From Centroscyllium fabricii (Eukaryota), in assembly GCA_051313645.2 (NCBI GenBank), contig JBNRSN020000034.1, positions 24,056,001 through 24,120,000 of the forward strand: DNA of 64,000 nt. Direction: 5' to 3'. The position numbers and the translations under genes were made by a program. The notes beneath the pieces are model-generated. The model had not been told where the DNA came from. It saw only the letters and a program-made list of their open reading frames with translations, and did not search any database. Of this stretch, positions 1-12,700 are shown piece by piece. Numbering within the stretch: position 1 is the first letter of the stretch; the number at the start of each line of letters is the position of its first letter.

Positions 1-1630
1 ATTTGGAAGGTAGTTTGAAGAAGGGTTTGGAAGGTAAATTTGAGAAAGGTTTGGAATGTGAAATTGAGAAGGATTTAGAAAGTAGTTTGGAGATTGTTTT
101 GGAAGGTAGTTTGGAGAAGGGTTTGGAAGGTAGTTTGGAGAAGGGTTTGGAAGGTAGTTTGGAGAAGGGTTTGGAAGGTAGTTTGGAGAAGGGTTTGGAA
201 GGTAGTTTGGAGAAGGGTTTGGAAGGTAGTTTGGAGAAGGGTTTGGAAGGTAGTTTGGAGAAGGGTTTGGAAGGTAGTTTGGAGAAGGGTTTGGAAGGTA
301 GTTTGGAGAAGGGTTTGGAAGGTAGTTTGGAGAAGGGTTTGGAAGGTAGTTTGGAGAAGGGTTTGGAAGGTAGTTTGGAGAAGGGTTTGGAAGATACATT
401 TGCGAAGGGTTTGGAAGTAAATTTTGAGAAGGTTTTGGAAGGTAATTTGGAGAAGGGTTTGGAAGATAAATTTGAGAAGGGTTTGGAAGATAAATTTGAG
501 AAGGGTTTGGAAGGTAATTTTGAGAAGGTTTTGGAAGGTAGTTTGGAGAAGGTTTTGGAAGGTAAATTTGAGAAGTGTTTTGAAGGTAGGTTGGAGAAGT
601 GTTTGTAAGGTCAATTTGAGAAGGGTTTGGAAGGTAATTTTGGGAAGGGTTTGGAAGGTAGTTTGGGGAAGGGTTTGGAAGGTAGTTTGGGGAAGGGCTT
701 TTGGAAGGTAGTTTGGGGAAGGGTTTGGAAGGTAGTTTGTATTAGGTTTTGGTTGGTAGTTTGGAGAAGGTTTTGGAATGAAGTTTGGAGAAAGCTTTGG
801 AAGGGTTTGAATGGCAGCTTGGTGAAGGATTTGGAAGGTAGTTTGGAGAAGGTTTTGGAAGGTAAATTTGAGAAAGGTTTGGAAGGTAGTTTGGAGAAGG
901 GTTGGGAAGGTAGGTTGGGGAAGGGTTTGGAAGGTAGTTTGGAGAAGGTTTTGGAAGGTAAATTTGAAAAGGGTTTGGAAGGTAGTTTGGAGAATGGTTT
1001 GGAAGGTGGTTTGCAGAAGCATTTGGGAGGTAGTTTGGAGAAGGGTTTGGAAAGTAGTTTGGAGAAGGGTTTAGAAGGTAAATTTGAGAAGGATTTGGAA
1101 GGTAGTTTGGAGAAGGTTTAGGAATGTAGTTTGGAGAAAGCTTTGGAAGAGTTTGAATGGTAGGTTGGTGAAGGGTTTGGAAGTTAGTTTGTAGAAGGGT
1201 TTGGAAGGTAGTTTGGAGAAGGGGTTGGAAGGTAATTTTGAGAAGTTTTTGGAAGGTAGTTTGGAGAAGGGTTTAGAAGGTATTTTGGAGAAGGGTTTAT
1301 TAGGTAAATTGGAGAAGGATTAGGAATGTAAAATTGAGAACAATTAAGAAAGTAGTTTGGAGACGGTTTTGGAAGGTAGTTTGCAGAAGGGTTTGGAAGG
1401 TAGTTTGGAGAAAGCTTTGGAAGGGTTTTGAATGGTGGTTTGAGGAAAGGTTTAGAAGGTAAATAATGAGAAGTGTTTGGAAGGTAGTTTGTTGAATGGT
1501 TTGGAAGGTAGTTTGGAGAAGGATTTGGAAGGTTTTTTGTAGAAGGGTTTGGAAGGTAGTTTGGAGAAGGGTTTGGAAGGTAGTTTGGGGAAGGATTTTG
1601 AAAGTAGTTTGAGAGGTATGTTTGAGAAGG
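1..1630. repeat. 24-bp tandem satellite/minisatellite (unit GAAGGTAGTTTGGAGAAGGGTTTG); resumes briefly at 3441-3470
   Basis: Near-perfect units at about 100-390, degenerate further on. The (LEGSLEKG)n and (QTLLQTTF)n ORFs are translations of the repeat. Confidence 0.97.
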
Positions 1631-1734
1631 CAGGGCATGACACAACCATTTGCCTGCTTGCCCGGGGCAAGAAAAATGCGCCGAAGGGCAAGCAAATGAA
1701 AATCACACTTGCCCGATGCACTTCACATTAACGA

Positions 1735-2038
1735 TGATGACGGATATGGGTGGGTGGATCCGGCGCTGGAGGCGGATGTGGATTGGCCGAGAGGCCCGGC
1801 TGGCGTGGCGGTCGATTGGAGGAGGTGGCGTGTCAATCGGAACAGGGCAGCAATCAAGTTAGGTGAAGCGGGCTGATGGAACGCGGCAAGAGTGGGTCGG
1901 TGCCGTCGACCCGCTGAGGGTGAGAGAAAAAACCATAGTGGCTTCTGAGAAGAAAAAAACCTAACTACTCGGCCTTTATTTTTTCGATCAATTATAAAAT
2001 CTTTATAATTAGTCCTCGAGGGGGGGAAATATAAAAGA
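1735..2038 (+). promoter_or_regulatory. Putative captured promoter/5'UTR upstream of the QKI-like exon
   Basis: GC/CpG-rich stretch with two inverted CCAAT boxes (ATTGG at 1782 and 1815), upstream of the ATG at 2039. Confidence 0.4.
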
Positions 2039-2178
2039 ATGGTGGGGGAAATGGACGTGAAAGAGAATCCGAGACCCGGTCCCGACTATTTGATGCAGCT
2101 GATGAACGACAAGAAGCTGATGTCGAGCCTGCCCAACTTTTGCGGCATCTTCATACCTGGAGCGGCTGCTGGACGAAG
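2039..2178 (+). pseudogene. QKI: QKI (quaking, STAR family) exon 1 copy encoding the QUA1 region, with a 2-nt deletion
   Basis: Translates [38 protein letters not shown], then a frameshift, then LERLLDE followed by G|GTAGGT donor. Matches the vertebrate QKI N-terminus. The exon is 140 nt, versus 142 nt needed to keep frame. Confidence 0.92.
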
Positions 2179-2514
2179 GTAGGTGGGGAGAGAGAGTGAG
2201 GGAGCCCGCGGCCTGCGGAGCTTCACAGAAAGTTTGGTAAATGAGGGAAGAATGTTCAGAGTGGAGAGAGAGAGAGAGAGAGAGACCCTGGCCCGCCCGC
2301 CCAGCCCAGCCAGCGGCCACAATCCCCACCCACTGAGGAGGGGGGCTGCACCTCACATCCACCGTTCCATTTTAATCAGATTGATTCCCGGCAGTGTTTA
2401 ATTTATTATTTTAATTCCTTCCCCCCCCCAACCACCATTTTCCTCCCCCCGCCAACCTCCATTTTGGGACATTAAGCTGCGGGTGATGCCTACAAAAAAA
2501 CATTTTTTCATAAT

Positions 2515-2905
2515 ATACGAGCACACAACAATGACGAACAGAATAAGACTGCAGGTCCATCCAGCCTGTCCCACACAACTGCAATGCCCTGTGTGTCACA
2601 ATCTACAATGCCCACCCCATTCAAAAGCCATATAATCTCCTGGGAGAGGCAAAGAAACTGATAAAACCCATGCCAATAAGGGGGGGGGGGAAATCTGGGA
2701 AATTACTCTGCGGCCCCCTCAGGCGATCAAAGTTAGTCCAGGAGACCACATTGACCCTTGTACGAGGTGATCTCCACACCAGCCAGAATCTAATCCAGAT
2801 CTCACCTCGAGATTCAGCAGATAAGTGGCAGCTTGATCCATAGGTCCACTATTCTTGGGGCGGAGGGGGGTGGGTGAAGCACCTCCTAACATCTAACCTA
2901 GGTCT
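2515..2905 (-). mobile_element. Degenerate CR1-type LINE 3' fragment inside the hAT element
   Basis: Shares CCTGGGAGAGGC...GGCGATC...GTCCAGGAGA-CACAT with the 3'UTR (32480-32640) of the CR1 RT copy. Confidence 0.6.
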
Positions 2906-2916
2906 GGCTTTACACC

Positions 2917-3186
2917 ATGCAAGGTTTAGTCAGCTCAGAGACTTTCAGCAACATCCTGCATGTGATAGAGATCATCATGATCTTGCCACTCTCTACTGCA
3001 GCCTGTGAGAGGGGATTCTCTTTAATGAAGCACACAAAATGTGACTGGGGATCTGGGCTCACAGTAGACATGCTACTCAAGCTCATGTCACTCTCTCTCC
3101 ATGGCCCAGCGGTTGAGCATTTTGATACAACAGGTGCAGTTGCTGGATGGCTGAAGGCTGGCAATTGTCACTTAGCTTCACATTGA
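2917..3186 (+). pseudogene. hAT transposase C-terminal dimerization domain remnant (ZNF862-like)
   Basis: LPLSTAACERGFSLM...LMSLSLHGP...FD...AVAGW is the hATC signature. AATAAA at about 3311. Confidence 0.85.
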
Positions 3187-3474
3187 CAATAGCTGAAATA
3201 TTTACTTTAAGCCAGTCAGGTCTGTACAAAACATATGCAGTTAATGTATCATCCTTTTGCAATGTTCTTCACTGACTTGTCCGTCTATGGCTTTATATTG
3301 AAGCATTTAAAATAAAAATGTGAAATCTTTAGTTATTTCTTTAAAACTTTCGGGTAAGTGAAATTTGTGTTTGGGCAAGTGTTTTAGAAATCCACTTGCC
3401 CAACTGGGCAAGTGAAAAAAAAATGTTTTGTAGCACCCTGGAAGGGTTTGGAAGGTAGGCTGGAGAAGGAAGTT

Positions 3475-4235
3475 CCAAAGAGTACAGCTGAGGAGGCTGA
3501 AGAATCTGCCATCAGATATGGAGTAGAAGGAGGGGAGGATGCACAGGTCAGAGTCAGAGGACTGAAGATTGTGGGAGAAGATAGTAAGAGATAGGGTAGG
3601 GTGAGGCCAAGGAATAAATTATAGAATAGAATGAGGATTTCACATTTGATCCATTGGTGATGGGGGAGCCAATGTAGCTCAGTGAGGATGGGGTGATGGG
3701 CCCGCAGGACTTAGCGTGGGGACAAGCTACAGAGTTTTGGAGGATTTGGTGTTCAAGGAGGCCAGCAAGGAAGATCATCAGAGAAGTGCTCTTGAGGAGA
3801 TGAAAGCATATATAAGGGTTTGGGTGGCAGTGAGAGAAAAGGTGGGTACAGATGAGCAGTGTTTCAGAGGTGGAGCAAGCTATATTGGCAGTGGATAGGA
3901 AAGGATTTGAAGCTCAGCTCTGTGTTGTACAGGAAGCCAAGGTTTCAAGCAGCAGGAGCAAGCATCCAAGAAGGGAGAATCAAGCAAATGGCAATGTGTG
4001 GAGTTTGGCCAATGGCTGAGTTTGATAGCTCTGGCCTCCCCGATGTTCAGCTGTAGAAATTACTGGCTGATCCAGAACTTAATGCCAGATAGGCGGTCTG
4101 ACAGCATGCAAATGGTCATAAGGTCAAGGCAAGGGGTTACAGAGGTACAGCTGTGTGTTGTTAGCATACATGTGGAAGCTGACCCTGTGTCTCTAGACTA
4201 TGTCACCAAGGGGCAGCATATAGGTGCAGACACCC
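3475..4235 (-). mobile_element. Old L2 LINE, RT C-terminal fragment
   Basis: Minus strand reads YMLPLGDIV*RHRVSFHMYANNTQLYL, a decayed YADD motif. Confidence 0.8.
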
Positions 4236-4537
4236 TCCAAATCATTTGATTTAAAAGGAGGCAACACAAATTTTGTAATAAATTTAAGGTGACTGATTGA
4301 AGTTTGGGGGTTTTTAAACATTGGAGACAAAGGAGACATTAATTGTCAGATAACAGAAACTTTGAAACAAGAAAGGGCCAGTTGGCCCATCAAGCTTGCT
4401 TCTTCCACAGCCTAAGTACAATCTGCATGGCCATGGCCATGGCTCCTGTCCCACCCTGAGGAAAGTGCTTTGCGGGATCATGCCTTGATCCCCAAAAGTA
4501 GTTCAACAAAATTCTAGAATCAGCATCTGTCCTTACA

Positions 4538-5335
4538 GGTGTCAGTGGTGGCTGAGTGGGTAGCACTCTCACCTGAGTCAGGAGGTCATGTGTTCAAATC
4601 CCACTCCAGAGACTTCAGCACAAAATCTAGGCTCACATCCAGTGCAGTTCTGAGGGAGTGCGACATTGTCAGAGGTGCCGTCTTTCAGATGAGACATTAA
4701 ACCAATGCCCCATCTGCTCTTTCAGATGGACGTAAAATATGCCATGGCACTATTTCAAAGAAGAGCAAGGGAGATCTCCCTGGTGTCCTAGCCAATATTT
4801 ATCCTTCAACTGATACCTAAAACAGAATATCTGGTTGTTATCACATTGCAGGTCAGTAGAGGAATCGCTTCAAGGACACCCTCAAAGTCTTCTTGAAAAA
4901 GTGCAACATCCCCACCGACACCTGGGAACCCCTGGCCCAAGACCACACAAAGTGGAGGAGAAGCATCCGGGAAGGCGCTGAACACCTCGAGTCTCTTCGC
5001 CGGGAGCAAGCAGAAGCCAAGCACAAACAGCCAACAGCAGCATGTCAACCCAAGCACCCCACCCAACCACCATTTGCCCCACCTGTGACAGAGACTGTAG
5101 GGCCCGCATTGGACTAATCAGTCACCTGAGAACTCATTTTTAGTGTGGAAGCAAGTCATCCTTGATTCCGAGGGACTGCCTAAGAAGAAGAAGCTGTTTG
5201 TGGGAGCTTGCTGTGCATAAATTGGCTGCTGTGTTTCCTAGATTAGAACAGTGACTACACTTAATTGGCTGTAAAGCACTGTGGGGCATTCTGAGGTTGT
5301 GAAAGACACTAAAGAAATTCAAGTCTTTCTTTCTA
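4538..5335 (+). mobile_element. tRNA-headed SacSINE1/DeuSINE-like SINE, split by an RTE insertion
   Basis: tRNA-like head (TGGCTGAGTGGGTAGC...GTTCAAATCCC). Central GGTGCCGTCTTTCAGATGAGACATTAAACC domain shared with other copies in the window. Confidence 0.8.
4850..5193 (+). mobile_element. RTE-clade LINE 3' fragment
   Basis: RFKDTLK..LKKCNIPTDTWEPLAQDHTKWRRSIREG motif; (AAG)n tail. Confidence 0.8.
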
Positions 5336-7231
5336 TTCAAGCCTAGCCTGCTGCCTTCCAGAGAAAACATTTCTACTGACCCTCGCCACCATTGTGTCTT
5401 TAAACTGTTTATGCGAGGATTCACTCAAACTTCCACCAAATGCATTGCCGATAACCTTTCGGCAACAGTTGCAAGGCTTACAATCACACTGCACACTCAT
5501 TGAGCCGATTATGTGAAAAATGTAGTTGATGAAAAAGGGAACCCTATCATAACCTATGACTGGTACAGCAATCAGGGGGTTAACAGCAGACCATCAATGT
5601 TTCTCTGTCAGGTTACTTGTGAAGCTTGACAATTAAATGGCAATCACTTGCCTTAAACAAATAACTCTCACTTGTGTGTGTGTGTGTGTGTATATATAAG
5701 TGTTAAATTATATGCCCGACGGTATTATTTTTAAATGTGACTCAAAACGAAACCAGTTCAAACACGGAAAGGCCAGCTATGGGTCATGTTCTGCGGAAGG
5801 GGTGGGAAGAGGAGCTTTTCTCTCTCCAAAACAAAAAAGTGCCGTAGGTATACAGAGCTGACTCATGTTCTGTGCCGCTCTATCCTGCCACATCTAAAGA
5901 GCAGCACTTTGTAGAATTGCTTCTCAAAGGCTGCCTTGAGTGCTTCTCTCTGCCTTTAGTGGTTTACACCTTAATCTCGTTTGCTTGATCCGCCAGAATT
6001 GGGTTACCCCTCGAGTGATTGATATCCAGCAACCGAAAGGCTGCTCTCTGTCATAATTATACGGCAGAAGTACACACAACAAAGCCACATGCTCTACAGC
6101 AACAGAAAATGCCACAGAATGATGAAAAATGCAAACAGGGTTGACAGCTGGAGATGTTAAGGAACCATGATATCAAGAACCCCAGGCATGAGAAATGATT
6201 TATCGAAAACTAGGCGGCTTTGTTTATTGTTCTGCTTTTTTTTTGTTTTGTTTTTATTTTTGGTGTCCCTCAGGGAGGAAAGAGCTGGAGGTTCTTTTTT
6301 TAAAGGGGGCTGAGGTGTGTGGAGGGGAGCACCAGGGGTGGAGTCCTTGTCACTGTATCTGATACCACCAGCCTGTGCAACCAGCCGACCGTGAGAAGTA
6401 AGGAGGATAAGAAGTGGCAGCGGCACAAACAATCCAAATGGCTTTTATACTCTTCCTGATCTGCCATCAGCCTCTTCAAACCCGGATATTCTCTGTCGCT
6501 CTGACTGACAGCTGACATTCTCCAGTTCATGGATGGGAACTCAGTTGATGGTTATCGACGCAGACAAATGTAGGAAAATGTCAAGCCTGGAATATTTCCA
6601 CAGCCTCTGCTCTCCCCCCACCCCCACACCTTTATATTCAAGTGTATTCCGAGTTTATGTTTGTGTTCTTTCGAGGGGGGAAAAAAGCTCTTTGTGTGAT
6701 GCCAAAAATGTTAATATTCTCCTCAGGCCCTTGTTGCATTGTCACATCAAAACCAATTTAATGGGGAGGGAAGCTTTCTTGATATAAAAGAGAAAATTAA
6801 ACAATTAGCAAACAAATAGGTTCGCTGAGAGGCTGGGGAGCGAAGTTAAGAGGTACGATCCGACCCACCAACTGTATTGGATTTTCCTATGAAAGGGCTG
6901 GATCGCATACCCAGTCTAAAGGTCATATCTCCTCGTTGCTGTAAGGTTCCCAGCAACATGAGATACCTATTGAAGGCCCATGCATGCATAAATCGTCATA
7001 CAGAAGGTGTTGCCGATTAAACTATCGTATTTCAAAGGCCCTACAGTAAGTCAGAAAGGAAGAAAGGAGACCTCTGTCTTTTGTTAGTCAAAGAGCTACA
7101 GTAGGTGATAATTAACCCATTTTTTTGTTGAGAAATCCCATGGACAAAAGTCAAAGGATTACCACCCAATCTATTGTTGCTTCAAGATCAGGATGTTTTA
7201 TCCCACTGTACAATAGGCCCAGTCAGCCCTG

Positions 7232-7411
7232 TGGAGATGACGATTAGAAAGCAAACTGCTACTTTTAAAACATTATATAATATAATATTATTTTAAATAT
7301 AATTAAAAGGATTGTACTGTATGGAGATGACGATTAGAAAGCAAACTGCTACTTCTAAAACATTATATAATATAATATTATTTTAAATATAATTAAAAGG
7401 ATTGTACTGTA
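7232..7411. repeat. Tandem duplication, 2 x 90 bp
   Basis: TGGAGATGACGATTAGAAAGC...ATTGTACTGTA occurs twice with one mismatch. Confidence 0.95.
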
Positions 7412-7944
7412 TAAATACGAGTTCTTTCTTACTGGAGAGCATGGGGCGATATTAACAGCAGTTTTCTGCAGCTAAAAGGCCTCATTCTGTGATTTACTGC
7501 TCTCTGCGTTTGGCTAAAATATGTATTGGGAAAGATGCAATTATTATTTCATTAATTAATGCTTAATGAATGCAAAAGTAGGGTATGATTTATGAGTTTG
7601 ATTAATTTGCTGGGTTGCTATTCTAAGTGTAAAAACAAAATTTGAAAACATGCTCTAAATTGTGGAAAATAAACGATCATTTATCTCCAAGCCTCTGATA
7701 GTTTGATTCATTAGAAAACTGGTAAACATTAACTTGTAACAGCAATCCTGCCTTTATAATATTTAAATATGCAGTCACATCAAAAGTAATGTATGTTTTA
7801 TCGAGTTTTAACGCTTTTCTTCTCACACCCCTCGTCTCCTGAAAGAGGCCCTCTCTCTCTCACTGGGGGTACAGTTCAGGTAAGTCAGGTGCTTCATTCG
7901 TCACTTGTGAGCCCAGAAGGCTATTTGGCGGTGGGGGGCATCCA

Positions 7945-8258
7945 CAACAACAACTGCTTGCATTTATATAGCACCTTTAACGTAGTAAAATATATCAAGG
8001 CGCTTCGACAAGAGCGTTATCAGACAAAATTTGGCACTGAGCCACACAAGGAGATATTAGGACAGGTGACCAACAGCTTCGTCAAAGAAGTGGGTTTTAA
8101 GGAGCTTCTTAAAGGAGGTAAGAGAGGCGGAGAGGTTTAGGGAGAGAATTCCAGAGCTTAGGGCCTTGGCGGCTGAAGGCACGGCCTCCAATGGTGGAGT
8201 GATGAAAATCGGGGATGTGCAAGAGGCCAGAATTGGAGGAGCGCAGAGATCTCGGAGG
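7945..8258 (-). mobile_element. L2 LINE 3' end (related copies at 18505-18780 + and 22378-22760 -)
   Basis: (CAA)n tail; minus strand ...STIGGRAFSRQGPKLWNSLP typical of the L2 ORF2 end. Confidence 0.8.
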
Positions 8259-8846
8259 ATCGAAGCTGAGCCCAATCCTGTCCTCTCCCGCGCTCGCGCT
8301 CTTCTCTCTCCGGCAGTGGTCCCCACACAGCGACCAGGAGTTAGATGAAGTAGCCATCCCAGAGTAAACTTGCCGAAATTGGTGGGGCCGACTGCCTGGA
8401 GCATTTGATTTAACTGGGTCATCCAGCCTGAGTGAGTGTGGCATAGCTACTGGCTATGCAAAAGTAATGCACCGGGAACTAGATTCATTCTTGAAGTAAA
8501 TAAACGTAAGGTGCTGAGTGTGACTTTATAGGGCAACAGAGCCAAGTCCAGTCCTGTCCTCACCGGGCATTCACATGCATTTAATGAGTCAATGGATAGA
8601 GAGTTCCCTACTCAAGGGCCGTTGATGTCAATTCTAGTGCCCCTGCTGCTGCCTCAATGATCCAGCACAGAGCAGGCATCAAAGGTGGTACTTTTCTGAT
8701 CTGTATGTCTCAGTAGCACATCACATTTACCAACGTAGCCATCAGGAACTCAGCGAGAACCATGCAGTCTCCTGTAACATACCTCCACCAACTCTGCAGC
8801 GTGCACCTGCCCAGAGAACATGGGGGGGAATAAAAAGGCACTCATT

Positions 8847-9750
8847 GGGCCAGAAATTAGCCCTGGAGCCTTCGTGCGGGTGCAGTGCTGTTATTTGCAC
8901 ATACCCAGCACTTTTTCAGTTTTGAGTTTTTGCACTGTGACTTTCTGCGTTGCACAGCTTGTCAGAGCTCTGTGCAAGCCCCTTGTGCAACTGAACGGCG
9001 TAATTAGTTCGAAATCTCCCACGAGATCACGTGATCAGCAGGGAGCCAATCAACGGAAGTAATCCTCCATTAAAAACTTACACGGAGAAATCTGTGTAAG
9101 TTTTCAAAAGAGAGATCTTCCAAAACACATCTAAACTCAAAAATAAAATTTTTAAAACACCACATTTTTTTAACAGTACTCCAACTAACATAAATTACCT
9201 ATTTTAAAGAAAAAAGAAAAATTTAGATTTTTTTTTTACACTCTTTAACAGGCCGAAAAGAATACTTACCTGTCTTTAAAGTTAACAATAATTATAAACC
9301 TAAAAGAACACTTAAAATCAATAAAATAAAGACTTACCTGCTAAAAACAGGTGCTTACAACTGCTATTTCCAAGTGTAGAATCTTCACTACTTACTCCGA
9401 TGAAAATCTTAGAAAAAAAATCGGAAAGTTACTGCACACCACGTGGTGCGCAGGTTCGTGCGATAACCATCACAGGAGCTCTGCCCCCCCGCCCCCCCTG
9501 GCCGCCTTCGAAAAGTCATGAAGTAGCTGCAAACGGCTGCTTCATGAGAGTTGGAGCTCTGCTGCGCTCGCACCAGAGCTCCAACGGGATATCCGTGATC
9601 GGAAAGGTCGGGCCATTGTCTCGCCTGCTTTCGCTCGGAGTTTCCCTGCCACGCCCTCTATTGTGAGCCTCTGCCAGTGAGCACTTCAACTTAAACTAGA
9701 CACCATTTCTTTTGCCCAGTGCTTTGGTTCTCCCTGACTGCCATTTCTCT
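8847..9750. mobile_element. Probable Harbinger-type non-autonomous element, left part; may enclose the minisatellite
   Basis: Begins GGGCCAGAAATT, similar to the termini of the elements at 14701, 45156 and 54224. Right end not identified. Confidence 0.35.
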
Positions 9751-9759
9751 CCCTGGGGG

Positions 9760-12700
9760 TGAGTAAACCCACCAACCCACACCCCCCGCACCCCAGTAAA
9801 CCCACCGACCCACACCCCCCGCACCCCAGTAAACCCACCGACCCACACCCCCCACACCCCAGTAAACCCACTGACCCAAACGCCCCCGCCCCGCACCCCA
9901 GTAAACCCACTGACCCAACCGCCCCCGCCCCGCACCCCAGTAAACCCACTGACCCAACGCCGCCCCCCGCACCCCAATCAACCCACCCCCCCGCACCCAG
10001 GTAAACCCACCAACCAAACCCCCCCAGTAAACCCACTGACCCAACCGCCACACCCACGCAGCCTAGTAAACCCACTGACCCAACGCCCCCCCCGCACCCC
10101 AATAAACCCACTGAACCAATCGCCCTGCACCCCAGTAAACCCATCGACCAAACCCCCCAGTACACCCACTGACCCAACCCGCCCCGCACCCCAGTAAACC
10201 CACCGACCCAACCGCCCCCGCAGCCCAGTAAACCCACTGACCAAATCCCCCCCACACCCCAGTAAATCTAGTGACCCAACCCCTCCCCCCCCCGCACCCC
10301 AGTAAACCCATCGACCCAACCCCGCCGCACCCCAGTATATCCACTGGCCCAACCGCCCCCGCACTCCAGTAAACCCAATGCCCCCCGCACCACAGTAAAC
10401 CCACCGACCCAATGCCCCCGCACCCAAGTAAACCCAACGACCCAACGCCCCCGCACCCCAGTAAACCCACAGACCCAACCGCCCCCGCACTCCAGTAAAC
10501 CCAACGCCCCCCGCACCGCAGTAAACCCACCGACCCAACACCCCCCCGCACTCCAGTAAACCCACCGACCCAACGCTCCCACACCCCAGTAAACCCACCG
10601 ACCCGATGCCCCCACACCCCAGTAAACCCACCGACCCAACGCCCACGCACTCCATTAAGCCCACCGACCCAACACCCCAGTAAACACACCAATCCAACCC
10701 CCCGTGCCCCAGTAAACCCACCAACCCAACCCCCCACACCCCAGTAAACCCACCGACCAAACTCCCCCGCACCCCCGTAAACCCATCGACCAAACCCATC
10801 GACCAAACCCCTCCCCCCAGTAAACCCATCGACCCAACACCCCCGCACCCCAGTAAATCCATCGACCCAACCACCCTGCACCCCAGTAAACCCTACGACC
10901 CAACCCCCACACACCCCAGTAAACCCATCGACCAAACCCCCCCGCACCCAAGTAAACCCATCAACCCAACCCGCCCGCACCCCAGTAAATGCATCGACCC
11001 AACTCCCCCACACCCAAGTAAACCCATCAACCCAACCCCCCCACACCCCAGTAAACCCATCGACTCAACCCCCCTGCACCCCAGGAAACCCACCGAAACA
11101 ACCCCCCAGTAAACCCACCAAAACAACTCCCCCAGTAAACCCACCGACCCAACGCCCCCGCACCTCAGGAAACCCACCGAAACAACCCCCCAGTAAACCC
11201 ACCAAAACAACTCCCCCAGTAAACCCACCGACCCCGCACCCCAGTAAACCCACTGAAACAACCCCCCCAGTAAACCCACCAAAACAAACCCCCAGTAAAC
11301 CCACCGACCCAATGTCCCTGCACCCCAGTAAACCCAGTGACCCAACCCCCCCGCACCCCGTAAACCCAGTGACCCAACCCCCCTGTACCCCAGTAAAGCC
11401 ACTGACCCAACCCCCCCCAGTAAAACCACCGACCCAACCCCCCCCCGCACCCCAGTAAACCCACCGAAACAACCCCCACCGCACTACAGAAATCCACCGC
11501 CACAACAGCCACCCCACACTCCAGTAAACCCACCAACCAAACCCCCCCGCACCCCAATAAACCCACCGACCAAACCCCCACAGTAAACCTACCAACCCAA
11601 CCCACCCGCACCCCAATAAACCCACCGACCAAACCCCCACAGTAAACCTACCAACCCAACCCACCCGCACCCCAGTAAACCCACCAACCAAACACCCCCA
11701 ATAAACCCACCAACCCAACCCCCCACACCCCAGTAAACCCACTGACCCAACCCCCCCAGTAAACCCAGACCCAACTCCCCCCGCACCCCAGTAAACCTAC
11801 TGACCCAACCCCCCTGCATCCCAGTAAATCTACTGACCCAAACCCCCCGCACCCCAGTAAACCCACCGAACCAACCACCCCACACCCCAGTATACCCACC
11901 GACCAAACCCCCCAGTAAACCCACTCACCCAACCCCCCCCCGCACCCCAGTAAACCCACCAACCCAACCACCCCCGCACCCCAGTAAACCCACTGACCAA
12001 ACCCCCCCACACCCCAGTGAACCCAGTGACCCAACCCCCCACCCGCACCCCAGTAAACCCATCAACCCAACCCCCCCACGCAACCCAGTAAACCCACTGG
12101 CCCAATCGCCCCCTCACCCCAGTAAACCGACCGACCCAACGCCCCCGCAAGCCAGTAAACCCACAGACCCAACGCCCCCCGCACCCCAGTAAACCCATCG
12201 ACCTAACCGCCCTGCACCCCAGTAAACCCACCGACCCAATGCCCCCGCACCCCAGTAAATCTACAGACCCAACCCCCCCTCACCCCAGTAAACCCATCGA
12301 CCTAACCCCCCCGCACCCCAGTAAACCCATCGACCAAACCCCCCCACACCCCAGTAAACCCATCGACCCAACCCCCCGCACCCCAGTAAACCCATCGACC
12401 CAAGCCCCCCGCAACCCAGTAAACCCATTGACCCAACTCCCTCGCACCCCAGTAAACCCATCGACCCAACCCCCCCCCGCACCCCAGTAAACCCATCGAC
12501 CCAACTCCCCCGTACCCCAGTAAACCCATCGACCCAACCCCCCCGCACCCCAGTAAACCCATCGACCCAACTCCCCCCGTTCCCCAGTAAACCCACTGAC
12601 CCAACCCCGCCCGCACCCCAGTAAACACATCGACTCAACACCCCCCCCCCGCACCCCAGTAAACCCACTGACCCAACCCCGCCCGCACCCCAGTAAACCC

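Larger units (their letters stand above)
1631..3440 (+). mobile_element. Non-autonomous hAT DNA transposon with captured host DNA (Pack-type), 5-bp TSD GAAGG
   Basis: Imperfect TIRs CAGGGCATGACACAACCATTT / AAAATGTTTTGTAGCACCCTG. CTTGCCC/GGGCAAG subterminal motifs at both ends. GAAGG at 1626-1630 and 3441-3445; removing the element plus one copy restores a satellite unit. Internal hAT dimerization-domain remnant. Confidence 0.85.

Noticed and set aside
3-1731. Long repetitive ORFs on both strands (LEGSLEKG / QTLLQTTF)
   Set aside because: They result from a stop-free 24-bp satellite unit; no gene structure.
4538-4610. tRNA-like sequences here and at 34530 and 46635
   Set aside because: They are SINE heads that continue into SINE bodies, not tRNA genes.
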